Assembly: GCA_002269645.1 (NCBI GenBank)
Contig: NIVC01001021.1
Span: 313,694 to 377,693, forward strand
DNA length: 64,000 bases
Origin: Macrostomum lignano
Taxonomy: Eukaryota
Direction: 5' to 3'
How positions within the stretch are numbered: position 1 is the first letter of the stretch; every line of letters begins with the position of its first letter. A program made the position numbers and the translations under genes. Of the stretch, positions 51,719 through 64,000 are shown piece by piece. A model generated the notes under the pieces. It was not told the DNA's origin, did no database searches, and worked only from the letters and a program-made list of their open reading frames with translations.

Positions 51719-53521
51719 ATTAATTTTTTATAGACTGTATTGTATTGTCACAATGCTATTTTGTAACATTCGTTGATTGTGCATTGGCCTTTCACTTAAA
51801 GGCGTCAGGTTAGATCGGGATTCCATTAAGGAAAATTACCCATCTACATCTAGTCTGATCCACGCTGGACCCACGGTGGACCCAGACCCAGACTAGAGTA
51901 GTCTAGTGGAGTCCACGGGGTACGAGGGGTGTGGGCTGAGGTCTTAGGACTCTGCCATTGAACAAGAGAGGATACGGACGGGGTCCACGGGATACAGAGG
52001 CGGGGTTTCTTTAAACTAAATTAGAAGCAAATGACTGGCATTCAGAATTCAGTTCAGTCCAGGTCGTGAAGCCATGCTGTTTTTTCTTTTGGTGGAATCT
52101 CCATCTAGCTCGTAGTCCGTCGCAATGCTCTGGACTTTTATTATAGACTAAACGTCTGACACCTCTTGGTTTAAACGTTGTTTCCGTGTAAATTGCGCTG
52201 CTCAGTGTAACAATTTTTTTGCAGTTCGTTTTCTGTCCGCGTCTCTTCTTTCTGTATTTTTAAAATCATAAATCGCAACCGTACACTCGTACAGCTTATA
52301 TGCATTATATGTCTGTAAAGTTTATTTTTTAAGTTCGTGAAATCGCCGAAGGCTCAAGGCAGAAGTTTTCTTCAGTTTTTACAGTGCTCTTGTCTCCTAG
52401 AATTCCAGATGGGAAAAATGAAGCCAATATGAGTTACATGTAACTAAGAACCAGACACAGATGAAGCAGATGAAGCAAAAAATATAATAGACTCATTCGA
52501 TTTTCAATCAAAGGGAGGACAAAAATAGTTAACTCACCCTGTGCAAAACGACTCCCTACTGCAGCATAGCTGGAAGAATCTCAATTGTGTTTTAAATGCT
52601 TTTTTCGACCCAAGCTTTCCCAATTTCATTGCATCTAATAATCTAAGCAAACAACTAACGGTCACGTGTTTCCCACTGGTTGTTTTATATCGTGTCCATT
52701 AGCTTGATCACGGCTGCTCCTCATCATTGCTTAGACCCCCCCCCCAGCGCAGTAATGCGTCAATCCATCAATGATAATTGTTAGATCTCAGCTTGCATGT
52801 AAATCATTTTGTTATGCTGCTCTGGGAAGCCTACATTAGCTATTTTGTTTCTAATTGCCCGCATAAACTTCTATGAGAGTGGCAGCTTGATGCACTAAAA
52901 TTCGATACAAAAATGCTTAGTCATCTCTCGAAGATTCACAGGTTTGAGTTTCACATCAGAGAGCCAGCGAGTTCCCCCTCCACATGAGCATATCTGTAGG
53001 CAGGTCATGAGACTGCAGAGCTTCATCCTGCACGACACTGCTCCGGATTGTCATGTGATCCCAGTCATTGCATCCTGTTTGACTCTTGTATCAATTCCTT
53101 TGCACTGATATTATTTCTTTGTTTCTGTTGCAAATTGACTTTATTCTGAAAGGAGTAAAAAAGCTTGCGTAAACGCGTTCTGTCAATTTTTTTCAAGTCC
53201 TGCTTTTTGTGCCCGTTTTGAATAATATACAGCCAGAGGAAAATCTTGAGATAAACAAAAGAACTGATTCGTTGTGGCATCAAACTAAGGCTGCCTACCT
53301 TTTGTCTTGATTTATAAGAAAAGTAACGTATTCAACTGCTCTCGTTGTATTCCAAGCCAACAGACTGCGACTTCAAACCGGAACTTGGTTGCTAGGAAAA
53401 TTGCTGAAATTCACCGGCAGGTGAAAATCCCGCCTCATAAATTTGAACAGCGACTGCACAGATCCGGCAGACGATTTCAGAGACAGAAACAGTAACAGAG
53501 AAAAGGACACTAACTACATGT

Positions 53522-55463
53522 ATGGAGGCAACAGCTAAACGAAAGTTGCAGTTTTTGGTGTACTGTTTAAGCCTAGCGCTACTGGGCCTGTTCGTAACTT
53601 GGCGAGTCGTTCGGCATCGAGGCTACGACTGTCACGCTAGTTCGGGATACTCAGAGCTGCAGCATGGAAGCCGAGGTGAGCATCGCCTGCTGCACTCGCC
53701 AACTCCTTGTGACTGGAAGCGACCGCCTCCGCTGGTGGTCGTAGCCATCGTTGCATCCGGCGCTGCAGTCGACGCCGAATCAGCCACCGCTGAACGCGCC
53801 CGGCACCGCCAGCTGCACGCCTCCGTCCGTCGGCATCGCGGCTTTCAACTACGCTGGATCTTTGTTGGAGCATTCGACAGTGGAATTGCATCGCTAGCAG
53901 ATCGGCAACTGCTGGACGCAGAGGCGAGTAAATACGGAGACATTCTCATGCTTGACGGTCGGTCTTTCCTGGGCTTCTCAGGCACCCTGGCAGCCATCGA
54001 GTGGAGTTTGAGTAGCTGCCGCGGTGCCAGCTTTCTGTTGCGCACTTCGTCCAACTGCGCCGTGAACCCGTTCAGGTTGGTGGAGTATCTGGGCGGTCTG
54101 AGACTCGGCGACAGTGGTCGAATGTTTCTGGGCTACCTGCCTTACCAGCTGCCTGCTAGGGACGCCAGCGCGCTGCTCTCGGCTGCTGTTGGTCTGGAGA
54201 TCCGCGGCCGAATCCGGGGCGACAATCTCGTAGAAGGTCTGTTGCGTTTAGCTCGCATCTGTAGAATCTGTAAGCTTGTCAACTTTCAAATGCTCGAAAT
54301 TTGTGTCGTCTAAATCATTCAAGTAGCCAGTGAGCTAGTGGCAGTGACTATCAAGGCTTTTCGACGTTGTGTAAAATTTCGAGCCGATGAAAACGTCATG
54401 ATATAAGTACAATTGGATCAGTTGTTGAGCTTCCCGCAATGCAAGTTTGGGATTCGCTTTTTGTCAGGCCGAGATTTGAAAATCCCCCTTGTTCGCCGTT
54501 TACAGATAAGTTCGCATCGCCCTACTAGGGCATCTGTCTATCTTATAGAGAGAGCATTCGTTTGGATAAGCTGTCAAATAAAGCCTTTTAAAGCCTTTGA
54601 GCAAAAAGGCTTATATCTGCGTAAGTTCATTTATAGATTTCTGTTTTGGCAGTGAAATTATTATCAACTGTATACAGCAGATCCTCTATCTTCAAAGAGG
54701 CTAAAATAGACATTCTTAGTTTCAAAGCTCACGAGGGGAATTGCTGGGATTTCAAGGCTCATGGTGGAATTGCTGAAATACTGTGGCTCTTGCTTAAAAC
54801 CTAGATATAGTTACATTTACATGCATTTATCTATTTGTTTGTTTATACTTCTGTTTAAATTTCAGACTAACATGACTTGCTGATTTTTAACTGTGTTTTA
54901 AAGCTCAAATGAGTTGAACTTTTACTTTACAAAGTTCCTCATGCCAGGCGAAAAAGATTTCTGTTCAAAGCATGATTAGCCGGAAGACGTAAGGCGAATT
55001 ACTGCGCTATTATAATAGTGCAATAGTCAAGAGTTAAATCCTAAATTTTCGAGCACTTACTTAATATATACACTCGCTGTACACTCGTTATTGCTCATCA
55101 TTAATAAAAAACCCAGGTCCCGGCTACATCATGTCCATGGAAAATGCCGCCCGGATCCGTCTCTTAGCGACCAATAACAAATCGTTGAGTTGGCTGCGAG
55201 GTCGCCGATTTTCGACCGCGCCAGACTGGCTGGAAGTGTCGCTCCTGGCCTCGCTCGCTGGCATCCGGCAGCGGCATAGCGGCCGCCTCTTCCGGCCGAG
55301 ATTGCAGCTCAGTCGCGATCTGGACGATGCTAATTCGTGCACCGATTGGCGAGCCATCGTGGTACGCTGGAGTCGTCGACGAGAACGTCTGTTGGCACCG
55401 ATGCTCTGGCAGCACGTGTCAGCGCCGCGCGGTTTTAATCCGCCTTGTAGTCTTGGAAATTAG
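53522..55463 (+). CDS. GT31 (beta-1,3-galactosyltransferase-like) type II membrane protein; exon 1 53522-54269 (or 54236), exon 2 55117-55463
   Basis: N-terminal TM anchor, LDAEASKYGDILMLD, and exon 2 (G/C)PGYIMS...LAGI..RHSG.LF. Both candidate donors are phase 1 and join cag|gt in frame. Confidence 0.72.
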
Positions 55464-56934
55464 TGGGGGATTTCGTAGGTTAGGGATGAGTCGGTGGGAG
55501 TAGACCGGTACTGGTAGACAAGGACTGGGATTCGTTGTTAAAGCTTGTTAAAGTTGCTAAAGGTTGGATTTAGAATTGAGGACGTGATAGTAAGAGGCTG
55601 AGCTTGAATTCTAGCATTATTTTCAGAGGTACTGGACTGGACAAGTTATTGTTTGACTTGACTCAACTAGAAATTGGACTCGAGACAAGATATAGTCGGA
55701 CTAAACTGCAACTGATGGACAAGATGGACAAGGAGCTGAACTCGGACTAATGAACTGATCTAGGGGCAAAGGACAGCGAATACGCTCGTATATGGACTGA
55801 CACTATAATTAGACTCTCCAAATACTCGTACATGCTGCTCATAGCAAAAGCGTCTATAATGAGGACTTAACTTGTCTACTAGCTGACAAATGCGATGAAA
55901 ATACAATTTTTTGAACAGACTCGCTCAAAGAGCGCTGCAGTCTAGACTCAAAATAGCTACCTTTGACTTGAGCTTCAAATTGAAAAGTATCTAGATCTCA
56001 ACCCTCAGGTGCCTCTTCTTTTGTTCAACACCAATCTCGCCTGCGTGCTACCTCCGACAATCTTCGAACAGACAGACTGGCTACGTAAAGCCTAGCTAGT
56101 CTGTAATTAAAATTTCCCTCCCCGTGCAGGAAATTAATTTATCCACACTTTCTTCTTGTAGACCTCCTCAGGTGGACTGTCTTTGCTTTCCCCCCAGCTC
56201 AACTCTGCGCTACACTCATCCCTTTGCTTGTCCTCGCGCTTGGCAACTGTTGCCTTCGTGTGGGCCTCGATTAATACTATCAAGCCTTTAACGAGATGAC
56301 ACGAAATTCCCTGAGCAGTTTTGTCCAGGCTTAGGCTAGCAAATCTCCCTCTACCTGGACGAGTCCGAATGTGAGCGTAAATTATTAAAGCGTAAATTAA
56401 AAGCATTTTTGATTGAGTAAATTTGTTAAACAATCGATAAAAATATGATTTTTAAAAAGTTAGCCATTGACAGTTACTTGGATATCGCGATTTAACGAAC
56501 TGACTCTCTGGAGATTTAGATATGAGCTATAAAACTAAGGAAAATATGCTTCTGAGGCGCATTAATTACGAGTAGATGACATCTTTTAGTATACTCGTAA
56601 GCTTTTTGCTAGTGTGTCTAGGCATAATCTACTCTATTGAGGCTTAGTGCGAAACTTGATTAAACAAATATGATTAGTGATGCATTTGTCAAACAGGAGT
56701 GCTCAAAGTTTTTTGGTGTCGAAAAATAGTAAAAAATATAGTGGCTATTATACTGGTGCAAGTAGTATAATTTAACAATATTGATGGGTGCCTGATCGGT
56801 TTAGAATCAAAGGCTATACTAGTAGAGGTTAAATAGTTTTTGTTTGTTGCAAAAATGTTTTTAGTCTTGAGACGGAACTTCAAGTCTATCAATTAAAATT
56901 AGCCATCGCTATTTCTCCATATCTTTATCAATAG

Positions 56935-57999
56935 CTAGGGCTTCACCGCCAGGGACATTGTGGAGGTAGCTTTGCTAGCCTCTCCGCCGGCGCTATAATC
57001 CCTGATGCCGAATATTTGCTTGACATTCTTCTTGAAGCGCGGATTGGCGTAGACGTAGATGATGAAGTTGCACGAGCCATCCAGTGAGGAGATCACGTTG
57101 CCAACCAGCCCGATCACGATGTACACGGGAGTCGGTATGGTCAACAGAACGTTGAATCCGAACAGAATCATGGGTATCTGGCAGATCAGGTACAGCTGCA
57201 GGAGCAGCACAATCATTCTGGTCATATCTTTCAGCTGCGAATCGGCGCGACTAGCCCCCCCGGAGGAGTTCTCCTTCTGGAACTTGGCGTTGTGCTTGAT
57301 AGTGTAGAGCAGGAGAGCGTTAGCCGCCACGGCAATTAAAACGGGTGTGACCGTCTGCAAACCGAAGTTCGTCACCGTGGTGTACGTCGGGAAAATCTTC
57401 GTAGCAACAATAGCCAGACGGTAGAGACCGTCCGGGCATAAGCCGTAAATTGTCGTGACCTCGAGGCAGCGGATTAGCGAAGTGCCCAGACTAATCACCC
57501 AGATTGCCACGATGTAGTACATTGTTCGGCTCTGTGTAAACCAGATGCTGCCCTTCAGAGGCCAGCGAATCTTGACGTAGCGCACAACAGACACGAACAG
57601 CATCGTCCAGTTATGAATGGTGATGAATGGAGCGCGGAAGCTCCAAGCTATCGGATGCACGTAGATTGGTAGAAAGTAGAAATTTAAATCGGCATTAGGA
57701 ATGGACTCGATAGTGTGACAGAAGTTGTCCAAGGTGTTAGCCAGAACAAAGATTGTGTCAGACAGGCACAGGGTGCGCAGCTGCAGGGCCAGTGCACTGT
57801 CGCTGTCATCCATGCCAAGGGCTACGAAGGAAATGGCGTTGAATAGCAGGGCCATTATGCACACAATTGACTGCAGAATGTCGCAGATGATGTAGAACAG
57901 GATGAACCACAGCTCGGTCTGGTGGGACCAGCGAGACAGTTCAGCTGTGCAGTTGACCTCCACGGAGAACTGATAGCTGGTCAGATCCATCTGCACCAT
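56935..57999 (-). CDS. Intronless rhodopsin-like GPCR (FMRFamide/dmsr/srw-like), 354 aa
   Basis: Seven hydrophobic segments. Motifs L..SD, SVVRYVKIRWPL, YLICQIP and GSCNFIIY. Confidence 0.88.
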   Translation of the reverse strand: MVQMDLTSYQFSVEVNCTAELSRWSHQTELWFILFYIICDILQSIVCIMALLFNAISFVALGMDDSDSALALQLRTLCLSDTIFVLANTLDNFCHTIESIPNADLNFYFLPIYVHPIAWSFRAPFITIHNWTMLFVSVVRYVKIRWPLKGSIWFTQSRTMYYIVAIWVISLGTSLIRCLEVTTIYGLCPDGLYRLAIVATKIFPTYTTVTNFGLQTVTPVLIAVAANALLLYTIKHNAKFQKENSSGGASRADSQLKDMTRMIVLLLQLYLICQIPMILFGFNVLLTIPTPVYIVIGLVGNVISSLDGSCNFIIYVYANPRFKKNVKQIFGIRDYSAGGEASKATSTMSLAVKP

Positions 58000-59009
58000 G
58001 TTGGTACCGAATTTAGAAGGCGCTTAAGACTGAAAGTTACAAAACGTAGTGTAGCTTGAATTTCGATCTTGAATAGTTGTTCAGCCTCAGGTTTTATGCA
58101 TGCAGTATTTATAATTGATTTTCTGCAGTAGCTACAATCGCATAGTGTGCTACCTGATCTCGTGTTGTTTGTCTGGCGTGCCTAAGTTGCATGGGAAAAT
58201 TTGCAAGGTTTTCGCTCTTGTGATTATTTAATCCATATCTGGGGCCGCGCACCTGGTTGTTTGCTGGGTGGCAGGCGGTCAAATGTTTTGTTTGGCTAAG
58301 GAACAAACCTCTGCGTATCCGGCAGGCGTTTAAGCAAACAGTTCTATGCATACACTCTAGCACGTACTTCGTCGTATAGTAGGGAATTTAATAGTGAACA
58401 AAAAAACTTCTCACGTGATGTTTTTGTCCTTAGAGATGCGGTGCGAACTCGTGCTGGTACAATGCCTTTTAGTGAGCGATTTCTTCAGCTGGACCACATG
58501 CAGCCAGCAAGTCTTCTCCGACTGGCAGACCTGTAAAACTCGACAGAATTAATTCCTTTGTTTAAATACGCAAGCTCATGCGGATTAATCGATTAGAAAA
58601 ATTCATTTTGATGGAAAGCTGTATTGGGCTTTTTAAATAAACTTGGAAAACCTGTCGCTGTTCTTGATGTATCCGGTCGGTTAATGAGTTCAATTTTATT
58701 TCTGAACAGGCAACACCCAAGCCTTTGGCAGAGTTTCTCGATTAGCAGTATTATTATTTTCTTGCGAGTTGTGCCTGTGAACTTAACTGAACAGTTCTTT
58801 TCTTGAATCCGAGCTAGCAAGTTTGAAAAGACAAGCCCACAGCCTGGGGTCTAATTATTAGTTATTTTTTGTCTTCGATTTAAACGAACCCCTCCTGGGA
58901 AGAGAAAAAAGCTGAAATGCTGAATCGATCAGCATCATTCGCCAGATGCCACCTGCAGGAAAACCTGCTTAAAGAGGTTCCCAACATATGGCGTCCATCC
59001 AAAGAAGTG

Positions 59010-59295
59010 GAACAATGTCCTCGATGCTGTTGTGTGCGCAATGTCCTCGATGCTGTTGTGGGACAATGTCCTCGATGCTGTTGTGGGACAATTCCTCGAT
59101 GCTGTTGTGGGACAATGTCCTCGATGCTGTTGTGGGACAATGTCCTCGATGCTGTTGTGGGACAATGTCCTCGATGCTGTTGTGGGACAATGTCCCCGAT
59201 GCTGTTGTGGGACAATGTCCTCGATGCTGTTGTGGGACAATGTCCTCGATGCTGTTGTGGGACAATATCCTCGATGCTGTTGTAGAACAATGTCT
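59010..59295. repeat. 25-bp minisatellite (caatgtcctcgatgctgttgtggga)
   Basis: About 11 units. Confidence 0.93.
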
Positions 59296-60741
59296 TTGGT
59301 GTTCCGATTCGATATTTTAAAGCTAGAGATATAATAATTTCCATCAAGATACCCCTGTTTGACGCTTAGCGTTGCATAAAATGCTACGGAGTAAATATGC
59401 ATCCCTCGAATGTTTTCATACACTGACAAAGCAAAAAAATTGCAGGAAAGAATTGCTTTACCCAAATCACTACTCAAGTAGACCAGAGCTACTTGCTTTT
59501 ACGCATCTAACGGTTTGATAACGGAAAGACTTTTGTTGAATTAAAAATGGGAAAACAAGTGTTTTATATACCTCTCAATTCCGTTGGAAAAATTCCAGTG
59601 ACGGACATGTAGGCCATCGTCCATGGCCACTCCAGTCCGAAGCAGAGTGTTTAAAAACGTCTCTTTGGGGGGTTATATTAGGCAATTTTCCTAGCGGTAG
59701 ACATGGAAAGCTTGATGAGATTCGCTATAAACCAGTCATCTCATGAAACAGAAACTTTTGAGTAGCAAGCTTCAATCAAATGTTTATTTTATGGGACAAA
59801 AAGGAATGCCCCATCTCTTTCCTCCCTGCTTCCTAAGTTCCTGCTGCCCGTTTAAAACATAGTTAAAAGAAACTCAGGCTCAGTATCATTTTTACGCGCT
59901 TAACACCTTGATTTATACCAGGTTTACAGAATGTAAATACTCGTACATGTAAGTTTTTTTTTAAACGCGCGACATCAAAAAAGCAGGTGCGAGAGAGCTT
60001 GTAGTGAAACAAAAATGGTGCCTGCCACAAAATCTTTTTCCACGAATCCACCTGCCAAGTTTGTCTAATCAGTGTGAAGATACATTGAAAATATAGCATA
60101 CTTCTGATGAACAATGATTCTAATGACGAAAGTGTAAACAGACTCCCGGTCGAGCGCAAGGATCACTTTAGAAGTAGAAGGACTGGATACTTAATGATTT
60201 CTTAGAAAAAAACTGAAGGCTCAGAAGGCTAAGAAAATTTTGTACTAATCTTCAACAAACAAAACAACTGCCATCGCAAGATTTGAGTTCATAGATAGTG
60301 GCGTTACATTTTGGTTACATATCTTTTGGAAAGAAATTTTCCAAGAAACAAATTGTTTCAGTCCAACTACTTCTAGAGGTCCTTTGTCGCGTCAGAAGTT
60401 TTGTTCAAATCATCAAATTAGACGCTTGAAACAAATGGGAGTGAATAGAAAGCAACAACAAATTGATTCATAGTTACATACGTACTTATACAACAAGCAT
60501 AAGAAATTGGATTAAATTAAAATGAGAAAGAAAAATAGGGCGTAAATTTCTGCTTTACTACTAGCAACTGAAAATATGACTCCGCAGAGACAATCCGCCA
60601 GCCTCGAATGCGTGAAGCAATCGGGTTTTTAAAATAAAATTTTCACATCAATTGAACCAGAATGAAGAAACCCATCGCTGCTTGAATATAAAAAAAATTT
60701 CAGCGCCTCGTCTTCCGTCTGTCCCGACTGTTGTGCCAGTT

Positions 60742-61653
60742 TCAAAAAAATGCGTCCTCCGGATTCTCCATCGGTGTCAGATCGAATTCGAGACGATCGA
60801 AAGCGCCCAGAGTGAAGTGCGGCGAAGTGCCAAAATCTTCAAATTCGTTGCGTTTCTGCTCGCGCACGCCGTCCAGCTGACAAAGGTAGTCGTCTTCGGG
60901 TTGTCTGGAGTAGCGGCGTGCAGTGGTATTGAGTTCGTTAGAGTGAATAAATGCTGTGACGGAATGATGATCGATACACTGGTTACGAATTAATCATTTG
61001 AATACCGTTGGGATGGAGTCGGGATGAGACAAAACTGACTAAAGCTACTGGTAAGTCTTTAGTGGGACTGTCATGCAGCTACGTCTTTAGTGAGGCTGTC
61101 ATGCAGCTACGTCTTTAGTGGAAATGTCATGAAGCTACGTCTTTAGTGGGACTGTCATGAAGCTACGTCTTTAGTGAGGCTGCCGCTGGAGTGTACGAGT
61201 ACTCTCCTGTAGTTCACGTATTCAGATCTTCCAGGAAGTTAAGATTATGGGCGAAAAACCTGAGTAATTCAATGTTTACAGGCTACATGCATATTGGGAA
61301 TCAGATCATGCATATTGGGAATCAGATCATGAATGCATATTAGAAATCAGATTTACCTCGTTTGGAACAGCAAAAGTCGTAAACTGCCGGCGGCTCTGGA
61401 CAGACTACTCGCGAGCGTCCAACTCCGGCCAAGGAGGACCGACGACTGGACGCTTGAAGTGCGAAATTTCCAGCCTGTTCGGCGCCCTCCTGGAGCTTGG
61501 CTGCAGCGGCGGCTGCTGCTGCCTGTTCTCTCTGTCGAATTGCCGCCATTCGCATCGACTTGCTCAAACTAGTTCTGCGCGCCAAGAGTGACGCCGTTTC
61601 CTACCGCCGCAGTTTTCAAAATCCCCGTCCGATTTAGCGAATACGCAGCCCAT
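60742..61653 (-). CDS. Hypothetical spliced gene; exons ~61653/61585-61357 and 60953-60742
   Basis: The phase-1 donor cgag|gtaaat joins acceptor cacag|ca in frame: ...VYDFCCSKRAFIHSNELNTTARRYSRQPEDDYL...PEDAFF*. The upstream MGC start is one base out of frame. Confidence 0.45.
61055..61185. repeat. 28-bp repeat (gctacgtctttagtg..actgtcatg.a) in the putative intron
   Basis: About 4.5 units. Confidence 0.85.
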
Positions 61654-62319
61654 GATTTGGTTTCGGTGTGTTTCAGGATGCGCCACGCCCAACTACGGAG
61701 GACTGATTGCTGGGCCTAAGATTAAATAGTAAAAGAGTGGTTGTATTTTAGCAAATTAGACCAGGTGTCACTGTGGCGTGTCCGTAAAGTACCGCCGGTA
61801 CTTTATTTCAACAATGTTAGTACACAGCAAATTCCAATCTATTAACGCCTGTGTATTTCCTTATTCTAGTGCCTTGATCTTATACTTACTGTATATAAGC
61901 TCTGGGTGTGTGGCGTTCTAAAGTAGCTTTAGATTGCCTCTCAGCTCTCCAGCTGCAGCTCCGCTATAGCGCTTACTGTTAACTTGATTGTTCGCGTGCT
62001 AGGGAGACGGTTTGAAAGAGAAGGGAAAGAAAAATCAATAACTTCTCTCCAAATCTGATCGGTACCCCCAGTGATCGCCGTACAGTTGTAGATCACGTTA
62101 ATACTGTACGTGTAGACCTCAGTCACAGCTCTTGCTGTAGCCCAAAAATTGCAATAGCATTGTAAAATTATTGGATCGATACCATGGCACAATGTGATTC
62201 TCTAAACAGACCGAAAATGCGGAAGTGTTTAATGTAGAGCAAGCCAGGCATTTTTTACCTAACGGTCGTGAAGCACCCATGTAGCTTTATTCGAGTAGAA
62301 ATTAACAATACTGTGGGTA

Positions 62320-64000
62320 AGAGCGAAGGCGTATTCAGCATGCCAGTGAAGTATGAGACAGACTAGGCCCATGGGCTAAGGTCTGCGATGCTTTACGCCT
62401 GCCCCTATCTTCAGCAGGTCAAGGCTGGTGGGAGGTCTGCACCCTCTATTTGCCTCTGGCAGCCGCAGACCCCCACCACCTGTCTCGCAAGTCGACCAGG
62501 GTACTCGTCCCGCGCGTGTGTTCAAGGCAGTCCCTAGGGCTGCTGGACAGACTGGGCTCCGGCGCTGGCGACCCTATCCAGTGGCTTCGGCCGAATTTGG
62601 GTATGCGGGTCTGGCTCGCCAACCTGCAGGCCGTGGTACTGCTCAACGTACTCTCTAATGCCTAAGGTGTTGACCGTGCCGATGGGCTGGAAGGCCGGGG
62701 AGTAGTCCGGTCGCAAGCGGTCCCCCTCCTGGTGTCGGGCCAGCCTTGAGGGTGCTATTGGCCTACTGCCCGGTCAGGTGGAGCGGCCGGGTGGGTACCG
62801 CGCCCCTTTGAGGGTAGCCCACCAACCTTTTATCATGGCCTTCGAGCCGTCTATGGATAATCAAGCTAACTCTAGGGACGGGGACGCCTTCTAAACCCAA
62901 CCTCAGTCCGAAGCACCGGCCGGCCCTGCTGGCAGATCCCAACCGACTGATTCAACTGTGGCAAAGGAAGGACCGGCTGGCTCTGCTGGCAGATCCGACC
63001 AGAGCTACCAAACTCAAAATACCCAAGGACCTGCCAGCTCCGCTGGTGGATCTAAGGGAACCGCGAGCTCTGAGCCTAAAGGACCGGCCAAATCTGGCAG
63101 ATCCGATGAAGCTCAGCGGGCTCGGCTTGAGCGCAAACGCGCTAAACAACGCGCCAAAAGGCAGGCCAAAAGGGAGCTGCGGGGCCAAAGCGGCGGCGTC
63201 CACCATGGATGCTGAAGCGACTGGAGTCCCAAGGCAACCAGGCGGGCCGGCCGGTGGAAGCTCCAGTAGTTCAGCGGCGGCGCTCCCTGGAGCTGCTGCC
63301 GCGGCTGCTGAGGCCGAAACCACGGCGCAACAAAATGGCCACTGCCAACAAGGAGGTTCCTTCGGGAGCTACCTTTGCGGCGAAGGCCAAGGCCAAAATC
63401 CCGGGAGTGATCATCCAAGGTCGCGACAGGACTGGACCACTGATCAGCTTCAAAAAGTGTGGAGTGCTGTTGACTCCTATCTGATTGAGCTGACTGTCGA
63501 GGAGGGAATCTCCATCGGCATTGAGCGGATGGTGCTGCGAAGCACATTCGTTCTTATTGCTCCTAGCAGCGAGGAGGACGCTCGCAGCTGCTCCAGCGGC
63601 TACCGACGGTCTCCTTGGATGCTGACCTTGGCGGAGCTCTTTTTCTTCGCGAGGCCAGCGTCCAAAGACGATACCCTATGTGGTTTTCGTCCCTGCTAAG
63701 AGCACCGCAGCTGGACCAGACGTTATTCGCCGGGTCCTACTGCGTCTGAACCCGACCTCCTGCTAGTGGACTGGTGTATCACCGCAAAGTCCGCAGGGGG
63801 GAGACGGGCAACTCAATTGTCCTCGCCTTTCCACACTTGGCGAGTCGGTACCCTAATGGATCCTCTTTCCAGCTGGGTGCCCTCAAGCTCAAGTTGCGCC
63901 GAGGAAAGTCTGCAAGGGAAGGCTACTGCCAACCCCCGGCATCTCCGGCAAGAGCGGGGCGCAGTCTAAGGCCCAAGGAAAGGCGCAAGCCGATCCCAAA
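62320..64000 (+). mobile_element. 5' part of a degenerate non-LTR retrotransposon (GC-rich 5'UTR plus ORF1), running off the window
   Basis: ORF1-like frame from ATG 62835 with a premature TAA at 62892 and later frameshifts. It contains PAG.AGRS repeats, a basic stretch KRAKQRAKRQAKRE, and VIIQGRDR..DQLQKVWSAVDSYLIEL..., which resembles DUF4780-type R1/LOA ORF1. Confidence 0.6.

Noticed and set aside
51795-52165. Possible TTAA-flanked Kolobok/piggyBac-like element
   Set aside because: Only a 9-bp imperfect inverted match and no right-hand TTAA.
62320-62830. HDV-like or hammerhead ribozyme in the retroelement 5'UTR
   Set aside because: A complete core could not be assembled by eye; an Infernal or RNArobo search would be needed.

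Overview
Eukaryotic (metazoan) genomic DNA with GT-AG introns and no prokaryotic features. The intron, codon and minisatellite style suggests a free-living flatworm such as Macrostomum; this is inference only. Genes assembled by hand from splice sites: an NR1I/J (HR96/DAF-12-type) nuclear receptor, a 57-aa BRAWNIN/UQCC6/Sloth2-like microprotein whose end overlaps the start of NAT9 (missed by the ORF track), an AK2-like adenylate kinase, a DGAT2/MOGAT acyltransferase, sterol C5-desaturase, a KLHL10-like BTB-BACK-Kelch protein, two rhodopsin-like GPCRs, a GT31 glycosyltransferase and one hypothetical spliced gene. Also present: a KDM3-type JmjC pseudo-exon, several MITEs, a CORE-SINE, two degenerate LOA/R1-like non-LTR fragments and about 20 tandem arrays. 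The best leads are the overlapping UQCC6-like/NAT9 bicistron, an AGAATCGCC core shared by otherwise unrelated minisatellites, and a possible SC5D-DGAT2 operon. All family assignments come from remembered motifs, not database searches. Repeat boundaries are approximate.
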